64,000 nucleotides of DNA from Heterodontus francisci (taxonomy: Eukaryota): contig NC_090416.1 of the NCBI RefSeq assembly GCF_036365525.1, forward strand, positions 14,852,945 to 14,916,944. Direction: 5' to 3'. The position numbers were made by a program, and so were the translations under genes. Each line of letters opens with the position of its first letter. Position 1 is the stretch's first letter. A model generated the notes under the pieces. The model ran no database searches and was not told the DNA's origin. It was given only the letters and a program-made list of their open reading frames with translations. Positions 1 to 12,305 of the stretch are shown in pieces.

Positions 1-74
1 TCTATCCATCTTTCCCTGTATCTATCTCTCTATCCAACTCTCTATCTATCTTTCTGGTTCTATATCTATCTCGC

Positions 75-228
75 NNNNNNNNNNNNNNNNNNNNNNNNNN
101 NNNNNNNNNNNNNNNNNNNNNNNNNNNNNNNNNNNNNNNNNNNNNNNNNNNNNNNNNNNNNNNNNNNNNNNNNNNNNNNNNNNNNNNNNNNNNNNNNNNN
201 NNNNNNNNNNNNNNNNNNNNNNNNNNNN
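75..228. other. Assembly gap (N run)
   Basis: 154 consecutive N, preceded by a TCTA-type low-complexity tract. Confidence 0.99.
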
Positions 229-651
229 CAGAGGCGCAAGGGGAGAGCCAACTGTGTAACAGCCCCGACAAACAAATTTTTCTGCAGCACCAGTGGAAGG
301 GCCTGTCACTCTAGAATTGGCCTTCATAGCCACTCCAGGCGCTGCTCCACACACCACTGACCACCTCCAGGCGTTTACCTATTGTCTCACGAGATAAGGA
401 GGCCAAAGAAAGATCTATCTATCCACCTCTATTTACTGAACTATCTATTCCTCACTCTATATATAAATCTCGATCTCAGTATCACAATCTCTCTCTTGTT
501 TAAACTTCTGCATAACATATCTGCTCCTTTTAGGGAAGGTTGAAGTTGTAAAACCAATTTCTGATTTGCGTGAGAAATTGCACATTTAGGATAGTCAAAT
601 TTCTTCACCTGTTTAACTATTTTTCACACATGTCTTTAATGATTTTTTTAG

Positions 652-1458
652 CAGTGTTTTCGCTACACGCCCCTTGCGCTTTACCGATTTACGGGAGTTT
701 GTCTGCGGCGGCGCTTCTTCTTCTCGGGATGGTTGTGTTCACCGCGGGAAGAAGCTGCAGGAAGCGGCAGTCAGGTACCGATTGTCGGGTGGCGCTGCAA
801 CTCGGCGGCGCTCTCAATCCATCCATTTATTATTGTGTTATTTGCTCTTTATACGTTAGCGGACTGGTTCAGTGTGAAATGTGGACATTTCGACTCAGGT
901 TACGTTTCTTTTTCGATCAGGCAATATGAACAGTGATGATGAGCTGATGGATTCCAGACCACGTGCACAAGAAAAGGAGGTAAATATGAATAGAATTGTT
1001 ACTATTATATTTCACTAATTTTTAATCCAAATTTTAAGATTCATAGTTATTGTCATATGCGTCTAGAAAGCTTGCGTACAGGGGGCAGAATCTTAAAATG
1101 AGAGCCAGGATGTTCAGGGGTGATGTCAGGAAGCACTTTTTCACACAAAGGGGAGTGGAAATCTGGAACTCTCTCCCCGCAAAAAACTGTTCCGCCTGGA
1201 GGTCAAATGGAAAATGTCAAACCTGAGAGTGATAGATTTTTGTTGGGTAATGGGTTTAAGGGTTACAGAACCAAGGCGGGTGGATGGAGTTAAGATACAG
1301 ATAGGCCATGATCTAATTGAATGGCGGAACAGACTGGAGGGGCTGAATGGCCTCCTCCTGTTCCTCTGATGATTGTCTGGGTTTACAATAATGGTTTCTG
1401 TTTTCTCTCACAGACACTTTATGCTCGCCTGGCGGTTAATGAGGATCCCACACTCTGA
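652..1458 (+). CDS. 3' exons of a type-B V-C1 IgSF receptor gene (5' part outside the window or in the gap): TM exon 652/655-774, cytoplasmic exon 921-979, terminal exon 1414-1458
   Basis: Exon phases are consistent. TM: ..[36 protein letters not shown]; cyt: [20 protein letters not shown]; last: TLYARLAVNEDPTL*. Closely matches 44229-46210. Confidence 0.75.
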
Positions 1459-2911
1459 TGGGAAAAGGAAGCGCTCACACTCTGCTTCCGGGATATGACG
1501 TGTTGTAGAAAGTTTCCTCTGTTTGGCCGAGGAGTCTTTCAGTCCAACAGAAGCAATTTCCACCAAATTTGGGCGCAATTTTCCGATTGCACCCAAAATG
1601 GAATCTGTGAATTCCATCCGAATGTCGCTGTTTTAACGATGATATGTCGCCTGCAGTTTCATTTCAGTCTCGAGATCTTTCCACTTTCTTGGATTGGTGA
1701 TTTTTAATTGTATTGTACATCTTAATACACCATGTGAGCGGGATATCGTTCAAACAATCTTTGCAATGTATCAGTGTCCGAGTTACAAATGCATTAAAGG
1801 AGATTTAGAAACCAATGATAGGGTTTGTGATTCCAGTTGTTTAGTGGTTCAGTCTAGATTCGCTCAGGATATCTCCCAGACTTATTTACAAAGATATTTA
1901 GAGAGCAAATGTGTGCAAGTTGAAAGTGGGGAGAAGGACTGACAGGAGATTTCAGACACTGACTCGGGATTTAAGCTGCATTAATGTTCAAGCTGCAGTT
2001 TTAGTGAAGCCGAGCTTTCTCTGATTGTGTCCTGGGAGTGAACACTGTTACATTTACTCTTCAAACACAATATTTTAAATCAACCTGCTCTTTTAATGCA
2101 ATTCATTGATTTAGGCAGTAAAATTGTGGTGGATTTCACTTCCTAATGGAATCATAGAATCAGAGAGACAGCACAGAGGAAGACCATTCAGCCCCTCACC
2201 CATGTGCGGGCATTTTGACAGCGTTGTGAAATTTCGTCTCACATTCTAGAGATCTCCCCTTAACCCTGAAAATTACTCCCCTTCTCGTACAGGTCCAACT
2301 AAATGTTAATATCTAATATTTCTTATCGCAGAAGCCATGGGCTGTGACTGAAAAAGCTTCTCTCTCCACAGATGCTGCCAGACCTGCTGAGTATTTCAAA
2401 CATTTCTTGTTTTTTTATTTCAGATTTCCAGCATCTGCAGTATTTTGATTTTATTTTATATTACTGAAAACGGTTGCTGGCGATGTGAATAATCACAAAC
2501 GTCAACACAATTCGCTCTTCACATTAGAAAATCAGTCTCATGTGTAAGTAAAAGTCAATGGTTCACAGGTGAGGTGATATATTCCTGGTCCACCTTTAAT
2601 ATCATGTACATTAAAAGCTGGGCTTGAGAACATTGGTGTGATGAATACTGGATAATTGAGTTGGTTAGTAAACTCTGCTCCAATCGGCAACCTCTTGTGA
2701 TTTATGTCCCGAGCTGATAGAAACAGTCCCAATTTCACATCGGCTTATTCTGCTGTAACATTCATTCTGTACAGATGTTGCAAAGAGGATTTGGAGACAC
2801 TTGTTAGATGATGCAGATGGAAAAGGTCGTTCTGCTCAACATAAGTAATTCTCCCAGAAAGGTTCTGTCCTCCTTGCCCCTAGGGACAGTGAAATATTCC
2901 CTAATTAATTC

Positions 2912-3030
2912 CGGGAGGGGGTGGGGGGGGGTATGGTGGGGTGACAGGTGGCGTGGTGGGGTGGGGGTGGTGGTGGTGGGGGGAGTGTTGTGGAGGGGGG
3001 CAAGGGATGGGGGATGGGGCGGAGGAGGTG
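2912..3030 (+). repeat. G-rich low-complexity tract
   Basis: Many G3-G9 runs separated by short T/A/C spacers. Confidence 0.7.
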
Positions 3031-3359
3031 TGGCTCACAAATAAGTCCATGCCCAGAGGAATATTCCCAGTGCTGATCTTTCCCTGTGTGATGAACCTGC
3101 AGAAATCAATCCTCAATTTTTCTATGAATAGTTGGAACAGCTAATCCTACCGGCAACAGATGCATCGGAACAGGAGAAGGCCATTCAGCCCCTTCGAGTT
3201 CGTTCCCCCATTCTATTAGATCATGGCTGATCTGTCTCTTAACTCCATCACCCTGCCTTGGTTCTGTGCTAATCCCCTGAACCAACAAAAGAATGTTCTG
3301 AAATTGTCAATTGACCCCTCCCAGCTTCAACAGCTTTTTGGATGAGAGAGTTCCAGATT

Positions 3360-4090
3360 TGCTAACGTTGTATCTCTGTTTGAAAAGGCAGCGAAGGATA
3401 GACCGAGTAATTGCAGGCCAGTCAGTCTAACCTCAGTAGTGGGCACATTATTGGAATCGATTATGGGAAACAGGATAATCTGTCACATAGAAAGGCACAG
3501 GTACTCAAGGATAGTCAGCATGAATTCGTTAAAAGAAGGTCTTGTTTGACCAATCTGATCGAAGTCTTTGAAGAAGTAACAAGGAAGATATATGATGGTA
3601 ATGCAGGTGATGTGGTCTACATGGATTTTAGCAAGGCTTTTGACAGGGTGCCACATGGCAGACTGGTTAAGAAAATAAAATCCCATGGTATCCATGGGTT
3701 TGCAGCAAGGTGGATACAAATTTGGCTCAGTGGCAGGAAACAAAGGGTAATTGTTGACGGTTGTTTTAGAGACTGGAGGCTTGCTTGCAGTGGCGTTCCA
3801 CAGGGCTCAGTACTGTGTCCCCCTGTTTTTTGTGGTGTATATTAACGATTTGGACGAAAATGATCAAGAAGTTTGCGGACGGCACAAAGATTGGCCATGT
3901 GGTAGATAGTGAGGAGAATAGCTGTAGGCTTCAGGAGGGTGTTGATGGTCTGGTCAGATGGGCAGAAAAGTGGCAAATGGAATTTAACTTGCAGAAGTGT
4001 GAGGTGCTGCACTTCGGGAGGTCAAACCAGGCAAAGGACTACACGATTAATGGGGAAATACTGAGAAGTGTATCGGAAGTGAGGGACCTT
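3360..4090 (+). mobile_element. CR1 LINE ORF2 (reverse transcriptase) fragment, degenerate
   Basis: [51 protein letters not shown] motifs split by frameshifts. Confidence 0.9.
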
Positions 4091-5419
4091 TTGTGTGAAG
4101 AAGTGCTTCCTGACATCACCCCTGAACAGCCTGGCTTTACGTTTAAGGTGGTTCTCCTTTGTTCCCACTACCCGAGCAAATAGTTTATCTCGATCTACCC
4201 TACCAAATTATAAATACCTCAATTCGCTCATTGCTTCACCCTCTATACACAAGGGACTACAAGAATCGTACATGCAACTGTCATCCTTTTCTCTGCAGTC
4301 GAGTTTGGTTTGCATTATTCTTTGCCGTTTATCACACCTACGCCCACATGCTCAACTGTCAGTGAATTTACTCCAAACCGTGCAATCACCAATGGTAACT
4401 TATTCTCTCAACGCACTGTGACTCTGTTCTGAAGCAGGTCTGGGGCCTGAATTGTCTCCCCCGTTTTGGGGATGCTTCTGTTCTCCAATTTAGCAAGACT
4501 GCAAATCAGTTTCCATCTCGCAGTAGCATTATGGCAGACTGGTTAAAAAAATAAAATCCCACGGTATCCAGGGAAATGCAGCACGAATCGAGACTTCTGA
4601 CCGAACCGGTAGTACAGAGGATGATGGGTGAACGGGACTCGGTGCGAGCTAGCACACAGGACAGCAGAGTTTACAGCCCTAATTATTCTTCCTTAGGGAT
4701 ATCGGGACGCAAGAACCAAATTTATCTCACACGACAGTACTTCAAACCGGGATGCACTGGGGGCTTGAATTAATTGACCAGTGTGGCTTTCATTTCAACA
4801 TGGAAATGTATTTGGGACGTCACCGGAAGGAAGTTGTGCGCCCGCTGCTTCTAAACCTCAGCTGCAAGGTGTGAAAAAGAGCATCTAATGGTGACGGAGA
4901 AACCCCATCAGACACACCCTCTTACCACATGTTGCTACCTCGATCCTATTTGGTGAACTGAACAACCCAATTTACATCCAAGTGCCAGCTATATCAAACT
5001 GAATGATGAATCTGCTTCCAGCCGAACTGACCGGGAAAAATTAATGAGTCTTTGGAATGTCTGAGTGATGTAATGAATGTTGTTTGCCGTTTACAACGAA
5101 GTATTCCAGCACATAACTGATCGGGATTTTAGATTCTAGCCAGTTAGTACACTGTTTCCTGGCATAGCTATTTTTTGTTTCAAAGAAAAACGTTATTCAG
5201 ATATAATGTTTAATAAATAAGATATCTAAAACATTGCTGTACAATACGTTTTAGTGAGCTATGGTACGAGATGACCTTATTTCCCTAGATTCACTCCTGT
5301 TGGATAATTCCGGATATTACAAAATGCGGATTAATGGACACCAGGTTGAACTCAATTTGCTGCAGCTCCAGAAATTGTCGATCCCTGTTCAGAGGTTCTA
5401 ACTGTCAGGAAATATTGTA

Positions 5420-5850
5420 CAGGCTGAGGCCCTTTTCCCTTGAATAAAGAAGGCTGATGGGAGTTCTGATAGAACTGAATGCCTTCCCCGTGATAGAGGT
5501 CTTTAAAACGGTGAACGTTTTTGATAGGGAAAACGCAGAGAAGAGGTTACCACTTGTGGGGAAAAAAAGAACGAGGGACCATCGATACAAGACAGTCGCC
5601 GACAAATCCAAACGGGAATTCAGGAGAAACTTATTTACCCAGAGAGTGGTGAGAATGTGGAACTCGCTACCACAGGGAGTGATTGAGGTGAATAGCAGAG
5701 ATACATTTAAGGGGAAGCTGGAGAAACACATGAGGGAGAAAGCAATAGAAGGATATGCTAATAGGGTGAGATGAAAAGGGGGTGGGAGGAGGCTCGTGCG
5801 GAGCAAAACACCAGCATGGACCTGATGGGCCAAATGGCCTGTTTCTGTGC
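5420..5850 (+). mobile_element. CR1 LINE 3' end fragment
   Basis: RRNLFTQRVVRMWNSLP..FKGKLEKHM C-terminus followed by a 3' UTR (GGGCCAAATGGCCTGTTTCTGTGCTG). Confidence 0.85.
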
Positions 5851-5949
5851 TGCAAATTCAATGTAAACTGTATCTGGTGAAGGGCTTGCAGTCAAAGGGA
5901 CACTCACACATCTCTCAGTCATGTCTGGCTTTCTCAATAGTATTTCCCC

Positions 5950-6190
5950 GACAAGCGATACACCATATTTATGCTGAAGAATCCGTGTTGAACCGCTCTA
6001 TGTACAGACAGCGCTGCTGTTCCAAGTTTCCACTGAGACACTATTACACTGTCGGTTCCGCTTGGGTCAATTGTACCGGAAATCGGTTCGTGCCACAGTA
6101 ACCCGGTCGAAACATTCCCCAAAACAGGAATTTGGTTCGTGGAAACACCACTGACCAAACACAACAGAGAAATCGTGTTCTTCAAATATA
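5950..6190 (-). pseudogene. Degenerate type-A-like C1 exon
   Basis: ISLLCLVSGVSTNQIPVLGNVS..SGTIDPSGT then, after a frameshift, VETWNSSAVCT*; aligns with gene A C1 (VPLVCLVSGVSSKQI..SGTMQPDGT..AESWRSGGVCTC). Confidence 0.7.
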
Positions 6191-7114
6191 CAATAAGTAA
6201 CGTCAAAGTTTAGGAACATGGGGACAGGAAAAGGTCATTCAGCTCCCACCCCCCAGCCTAATCGTCATTCAATGAGATCATGGCGAGCTGTATCTTAACT
6301 CTATCTACCCACCTTGGCTCTGTAATCCTTGCCAATATCGACCAATCTCAGTTTTGACATTTTTAGGTGACCCCAGCCTCAGGGGCTTTTTAGGAGGGGG
6401 AGGGGAGAGGTGAAGATTTCCACTACCTTTGTTTGAAGAAGTGCTTCCTGACATCACCCCTGAACACCCTGGCTCCAATGTAATTAACAAACAGCCCATT
6501 CATTAAAATTATACAGAACCTGAATACACAGACCCCCTTGCTGCAGATATTGCAAGTCTAAAGTTCAAAAGGAAGGACCCTTACCCTAGTCACACCCATT
6601 ACAAGGAACTCCAACGGACAAACACCTTTTTACTTCATTATTCTGAATGTAACTGGGGAAATATCAGTTAATTCACATTGTGCATAATTCCACAGGACTA
6701 AACACTTCCTCTATTATCCTATCCGGTGGGAGAAATTATTGCAATATACAAAGTTCACAAAATACCAATGGGTCAGACCTCTTTATTGTTTGATATACCA
6801 ACTGTAATCTGCGCAATAATTCTTCAATCTTTATCAAAACCTAAGGGATTCTATATGAACCAGTGTTTGATTGTTCAGATCCACCATCGCTGCAGATTGC
6901 TTTGACACAACAGGAATGTGTTGCAACCGCTGGAATGGAATCAAGATGGGAATTCTGTCTGTCTCTCCAGAGGAGTTGGGAAGGGGTGCAGAATGCAGGA
7001 ATCCTGAGGCCGAGCGTGTAAATAAGAACAGGAGCGCCATCAAAATCGCACCCAGGGCCTATAAATGATGATCAACCGGCGGTGACCGAGTAAAACGCGG
7101 GAATGAGATAAGAA

Positions 7115-7405
7115 AGAATTGCATTTCTATTGCGCCTTTCCCATCCCCAGGACCCCCCTAAGCGCTTTATCACACACCTTTGAAGTGTGGCCACTGTTGT
7201 AGTGCATGAAATGCGGCAGCTAAGCTTTGCACAGCAAGATCCAACAAATAGAAGTGTGAGAATGATCAAGCCATCTCTTTTATTGATGTTGGTTGAGGGA
7301 TAAATATAAATAGGAAGAGCCCCATCCCCCACCGCTCTTCGCCCAATAATGGCTGTGGGACCATTCGCATCCGCCTGACAGGGCAGACGGGGCATCGATT
7401 TAACA
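7115..7405 (-). mobile_element. Deu-domain SINE fragment (SacSINE1/AmnSINE-like)
   Basis: Reverse complement of the ..ATATTTATCCCTCAACCAACATC..TTTGT(G/T)GGATCTTGCTGTGC.. core, also present at 8135-8430. Confidence 0.6.
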
Positions 7406-7736
7406 GGCGGGATACAGATAATAGGTGATACAGTTACTGAAATAATGACATATGATCCTACCGTCCTTCAATCTGGTATATTCTTTATTGTAATAAGCAA
7501 TGGTGTATAAATTAATATGTTCTGGGTGAATAAAACACAACACTTGGAATTAGGGACATTTTCCCGTGCCCACGTGAATGTAAGAAAGGAGGTCAGTGTG
7601 GCGAATCAGCACGACCTGCCTTTTGTCTACAGTTTAAACAGTCTGGACTGCACCCCGCCTTTCACCCGTGTTTAACACAAACTGTAACATATTGGCCTTT
7701 GCAGGCCAATCTGTGCGTGGGCGCTTAACCTGTAAA

Positions 7737-7750
7737 CAGGAAACCCACAG
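7737..7750 (+). promoter_or_regulatory. ETS / degenerate RUNX composite upstream of the B pseudogene leader
   Basis: CAGGAAACCCACAG, 177 nt upstream of relic ATG 7914; homologous to 38407-38419. Confidence 0.4.
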
Positions 7751-8134
7751 CGAGAATTAACACTGCGCTGTATTTTCCAGCCTGCTATTTTTAAATGCAC
7801 CACCTAATTTGTGCATATATGTATTTCACATGTCTTCCGAGCCGGGCCGAGCACAGAGATACCCAAGCAAGGAGTCAATGTAAATCTCACAGCAACCGCC
7901 CCGTTAGCAGAGGATGAGCTTCGGAGTTTCCTGTGTGCTGTTCCATCTTTTCCCAAGTTTGCCCTCTTCACTTTTCATTCATGGAGGTATTCCAGCGGAT
8001 GATGACTGAGATAGTCAGAAAAGTAGAAGATTGCTCCCCTACCTGTATTTTATACTATTAGTGTCGTGTTGAAGGGCTGCATTATCTTAGGCTGATTAAA
8101 ACACAACGAGTGTCAACATTCTCCAACCTTACCT

Positions 8135-8430
8135 AAGTGGTGTTAAACCGAGGCCCCTTCTGCCTCTCTCAGGTGGACGTAAATGATCCCATGGCCACTA
8201 CTGGAGGACGAGCGCGGGGGCTGGGGTGGGACGGGTTGGTGGGGGGTGGGGGTAGATCTCCCCGGTGTCCTGGGGCCAATATTTATCCCTCAACCAACAT
8301 CGCTTACATACGTGATCTGGTCATTATATCATTGCTGTTTGTGGGATCCTGCTGTGTGCAAATTTGTCTGTGGTGTTTCCTGCATTGCAACAGTGACTGC
8401 ACTTCAAAGATGATTTCAATGGCTGTAAAG
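8135..8430 (+). mobile_element. Deu-domain SINE
   Basis: GTCCTGGGGCCAATATTTATCCCTCAACC..TTGCTGTTTGTGGGATCCTGCTGTGTGCAAATT core. Confidence 0.6.
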
Positions 8431-8773
8431 TGTCTCTGTCTCCTTCTCGTGTTATCGCCTCAAGTTTAACCTGAGCGTTTGACCCAATTATGTTTGCCGA
8501 TCATTAATGACACGATGGTCCAGTTTATAGCTTACTGTTGTAGCCGTTTCCTCATATCAAACAGTATTTTTTCTGCCATGACAGTCCCTCTTGTGATTAT
8601 TTTATTGTCTCAGTAATTTTCTCTCAGGCAGAACCCCAGACTCCGGCCGTTTAGGCCGCCTCACATGGAAGTATCTTTACAGGGCATTGTCAGCCGGGTT
8701 GTTTAGCAGGTGTAGGAGTTCACTGGTAATGATTACGATTATTATACTCATTGCTCGATCCCAACCGCACCAG

Positions 8774-9076
8774 GGTCTCCAGTCATGTTTCTCTTCACTC
8801 CACCGCCGGCTGAAACTTCCCCCATGGAAAGGGTCCCATTGATATGTTTGGTAAGAGGCCTGTCTCTCCATTCCTTTCCCATCCGCTGGAATGTTTCCGG
8901 ACGGGCTCCCGAGGGACAGACCGATTCCGGGACAATAGACCTGGACGGAGCATACAGTATCAGGAGTCACATCAGGGCCTCAGCGCAAACTTGGAGCAGA
9001 TGCGTTGTCTGTACTTGCACTGTACAAATCAACTCTACAGAGGATGTTATCAGTGAAAATGTCTCATCTCAGAGAG
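8774..9076 (+). pseudogene. Ig C1 exon of the B pseudogene (reading frame open)
   Basis: cag|[67 protein letters not shown]|gt; phase 1-1. Confidence 0.85.
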
Positions 9077-9599
9077 GTAACTATTAACATTGAGCCTTTT
9101 CTAATGTATTTTAAACGGATGTGAGGATTACTTGTTCGCATTGTCACTTTGTAAATTAAATGTCTGCCCTTTTCTCTGTGTCTATGTAAAATTACCTTAT
9201 CATTTTCCTCTTTCCCCTGTGTCTCATTACTGCAGTGCTTAACTTTCTGAACTTTTAAGTCTATCTGTCTGTTTGGGATGTACATGTAAGACGGAAGCAA
9301 AAGCATTTTGACTCATCGGAAATTAAAATTGGAAAATAAACCTTCCATTTCCAGTTTACCGCTTTCTCCCTCCATGCCTATATTTTATTAGCTGTATTGC
9401 ATCGAATTTCCAGCACAGAAACAGGCCATTCGGCCCAACTGGTCCATGTCAGTGTTTCTGCTCCACACGAGCCTCCTCCCATCCCTCTTCATCTCATCCC
9501 ATCAGTTTATCCTTCTAATCCTTTACCTTCATGTGTTTATCCAGCTTCCCCTTAAATGCATCTCTGCTATTCACCTCAACCACTCCCTGTGGCAGCGAG

Positions 9600-11700
9600 A
9601 TCAACAATCGAGGTGCCATTACATTCCTGGGTGTATTCTATAGGCCACTGTTTAGTGGGAAAGATATAGAAGAATATATTTTCAAAGATATAACAGAGAA
9701 GTGCCAAGACGATAGGGGAATTATAATGGGGGACTTTCATTATCCCAATATAGACTGGGATAGTAATAATGTAAAGAATAGAGAGGGGGAAGAGTTTCTA
9801 CAGTGTGTTCGGGATAATTTTCGAGATCAATGGGTTTCCAGTCGAACCAGGAAGGAGGCATTTCTGGATCTGGTTCTGGGAAATGATGTCGGTCAAGTGG
9901 ATCAAGTGTCAGTAGGGAAACATTTAGGTGCCAGTGGTCATAGTATCACAAGGTTTAGTTTATCTATAGAAAGGGCCAAGGAGCAAACCAACATTAAAAT
10001 AATTACTAGCGGGGGTGGGCAACGTTAATGGGGTGACAATAGATCGGACCCAAATCAAAAACTGAAAGGCAAAACTGTAATTGAACAATGGTCTAGCTTC
10101 AAAGAGGACATGGTTGGGGTGAAGTCTGGGTACATTTGCACGAGAGGGAAAGGTAGACAATCAAATCCAGAGCTCCCTGGATGTTGATAGTGATAGCCAG
10201 ATGGCAGACGTCAGCTGGATAATACAATTGAGAACCAGTCTGAACATAGAAAGTTCAGAGGACGAGTGATAAATAAAATAAGAGAAGCAAAGAGTTAATG
10301 TGAGAAGAGACTGGCAGCTAAAAGAACGGAACTCAAAGGTCTTCTGTATATAACCAGTAAAAGGGCGGGAGAAGGAGGAGTGGGGCCAAATTGGGGATTC
10401 ATACATGGAGACAAAGGGCATGGTTGAGATGCTAAATGAATACTTTGCATCTGTCTTTACCAAGGAAGAAAATGCTGTTCATGTCATAGTGGAAGCAGAG
10501 GCAATTGAGATGGTGGATCGGTAAAAAATTGATAGAAAAGGAGGTATTAGATCGGCCAGCTGGACTGAAAGTTGATAAATCTCCAGGACCAGATGAGATT
10601 TTGTTTAATCCTTCCATGGGTTAGGGCGTCACTGGCCAGGTCAGCATTTGTGCCCATCTCTAATTTCCCTTTGAACTCAATTGTTTGTCAGGACATTTCA
10701 GAGGGCAGTTCAGAACATTTAGGCCTGACCAGGTAAGAATTGCAGATTGCCTTCCGAAGGACCTGAGTGAACCAGGTTCGTTTTTATGACAACTGATGAT
10801 AGTTTCCAGATTTTTATTAATTAAATTCCACCAGCAGCCATGGTGAAATTTGAACCCATGTCCCAGGACAGTGGCCTGGGCCTCTAGAGTACTATTCCAG
10901 TGACATTACCTTTATGCCGCCATCTCACGCCAAATGCATCCAAGGATACTGAGGGATGGAAGGATGGAAATTGTGCAGGAGCTGGCCATAATCTTCCAAT
11001 CCTCCTTAGATACTGGGGTGGTGCCAGAAAGGTGTAGAATTGCAAATGATACACCTGCGTTCAAAAAAGTCTGTAAGGATAAGCCCAGCAACTGCAGACC
11101 AGTCAATTTGAACTCAGTGGTGCGGAAGCTTCTAGAAATGAAAATTCGGGACTAAATTAACAGTCACTTGGACAAATGCGCATTGATTAAGGAACGCCAG
11201 CACGGAATTGTTACAGGCAAATCGCGTTTTACCATCTTGCTTGAGTTTTTTGATGAGATAACAGAGAGGGTGAAAGAGACTAATGTGGTGGATGTGGTGT
11301 ACATGGACTTCCAAAAGCTCTTTGCTAAAGTGCCACATAGCAGGCTTGTCAGCAAAGTCAAAGCCCATGGAATAAAAGGGACAGTGGCAGCATGGATACA
11401 AAACTGGCTGATTGACAGGAAAGATAGAGTGAACTGTTGTTTTTCGTACTGGACGAATACTTCTTATGGGTTCCCCAGGACCACTGCTTTTCTTGATCTA
11501 TATTGGTGCCCCAGACGTTAGTGTACAGGGCACAATTTCAAAATCTGTGGATGACAAAAACTTGGAAGTATTGTGAACTGTAGGGATATTAATAAACCTC
11601 AAGAGGAATAAGACAGGTTGGTGGAGTGGTTGGACACGTGGCAGATGAAATGTAATGCAGAGAAACATGTGATGATTCATCTATTCGGTCATTTCTTCAA
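9600..11700 (+). mobile_element. Degenerate CR1 LINE (endonuclease and RT parts) in the B-pseudogene intron, with a nested LINE fragment at ~10600-10930
   Basis: GVFYRP..IIMGDFHYPNIDW..LDLVLGN endonuclease motifs; HPRIL..VVYMDFQK..KVPH RT motifs; paralogous to 40810-42950. Confidence 0.85.
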
Positions 11701-11994
11701 AAAATACTCTATTAAATATGTTAAACATGACAACACTTTCACAAATCGCTGCTGGCTGCCCTTAACTATTTAGAAATGTTCCCCACTTCCATGGGGTTTG
11801 TCCGCCACTGAAGAAAGACGAACTGGTTTGTAGTTGCCCAATTAATTCTTTCTTCTGTCTTCGTCGAAAGGTGAGATGGACAATGGTTTGCTAGGACGGA
11901 TAAAGAGGCCACGTACTGCATGGAAAATGAGTCTAAATCGGATAAAGGAGGGCAGGGATTTAGAAGTACAGATACAGAAAGCACTGCAAGCACC

Positions 11995-12305
11995 AATCTA
12001 TCTACCTCTATCTGTGGCTGTCTATCTATTTATATGTCTATCTCTCTATCTACACATCTATCTATCTATCCGTCTGTATCAATGTCCCTTTCTCTGTTCA
12101 TGTATCTCTCTATTTATCTCTATCTATCTATTTATCTATCTATCTCTCAATCTATCGAGACAACTACCTATCTCTATTTATGCATCTCTCTCTCTCTTTC
12201 TCTCTATCCATCTATCCAGCTATCTCTGAATCTTTCAATTTCTCTCTCTATTTAACTATCGCTCTATTTATATCTATCTATCGATCAATCTATCTATCTC
12301 TATCA
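11995..12305 (+). repeat. (TCTA)n/(TC)n degenerate microsatellite
   Basis: Visible directly in the sequence. Confidence 0.9.

Noticed and set aside
2538-2738. Minus-strand ORF ending ..GPGIYHLTCEPLTFTYT*, vaguely like an Ig B strand
   Set aside because: No Trp or second Cys, no convincing splice sites, and no match to the family exons.
8629-8710. Possible 3' remnant of the lost V exon of the B pseudogene (DSGR..IFTG..)
   Set aside because: The position fits but the similarity is too weak to call by eye.
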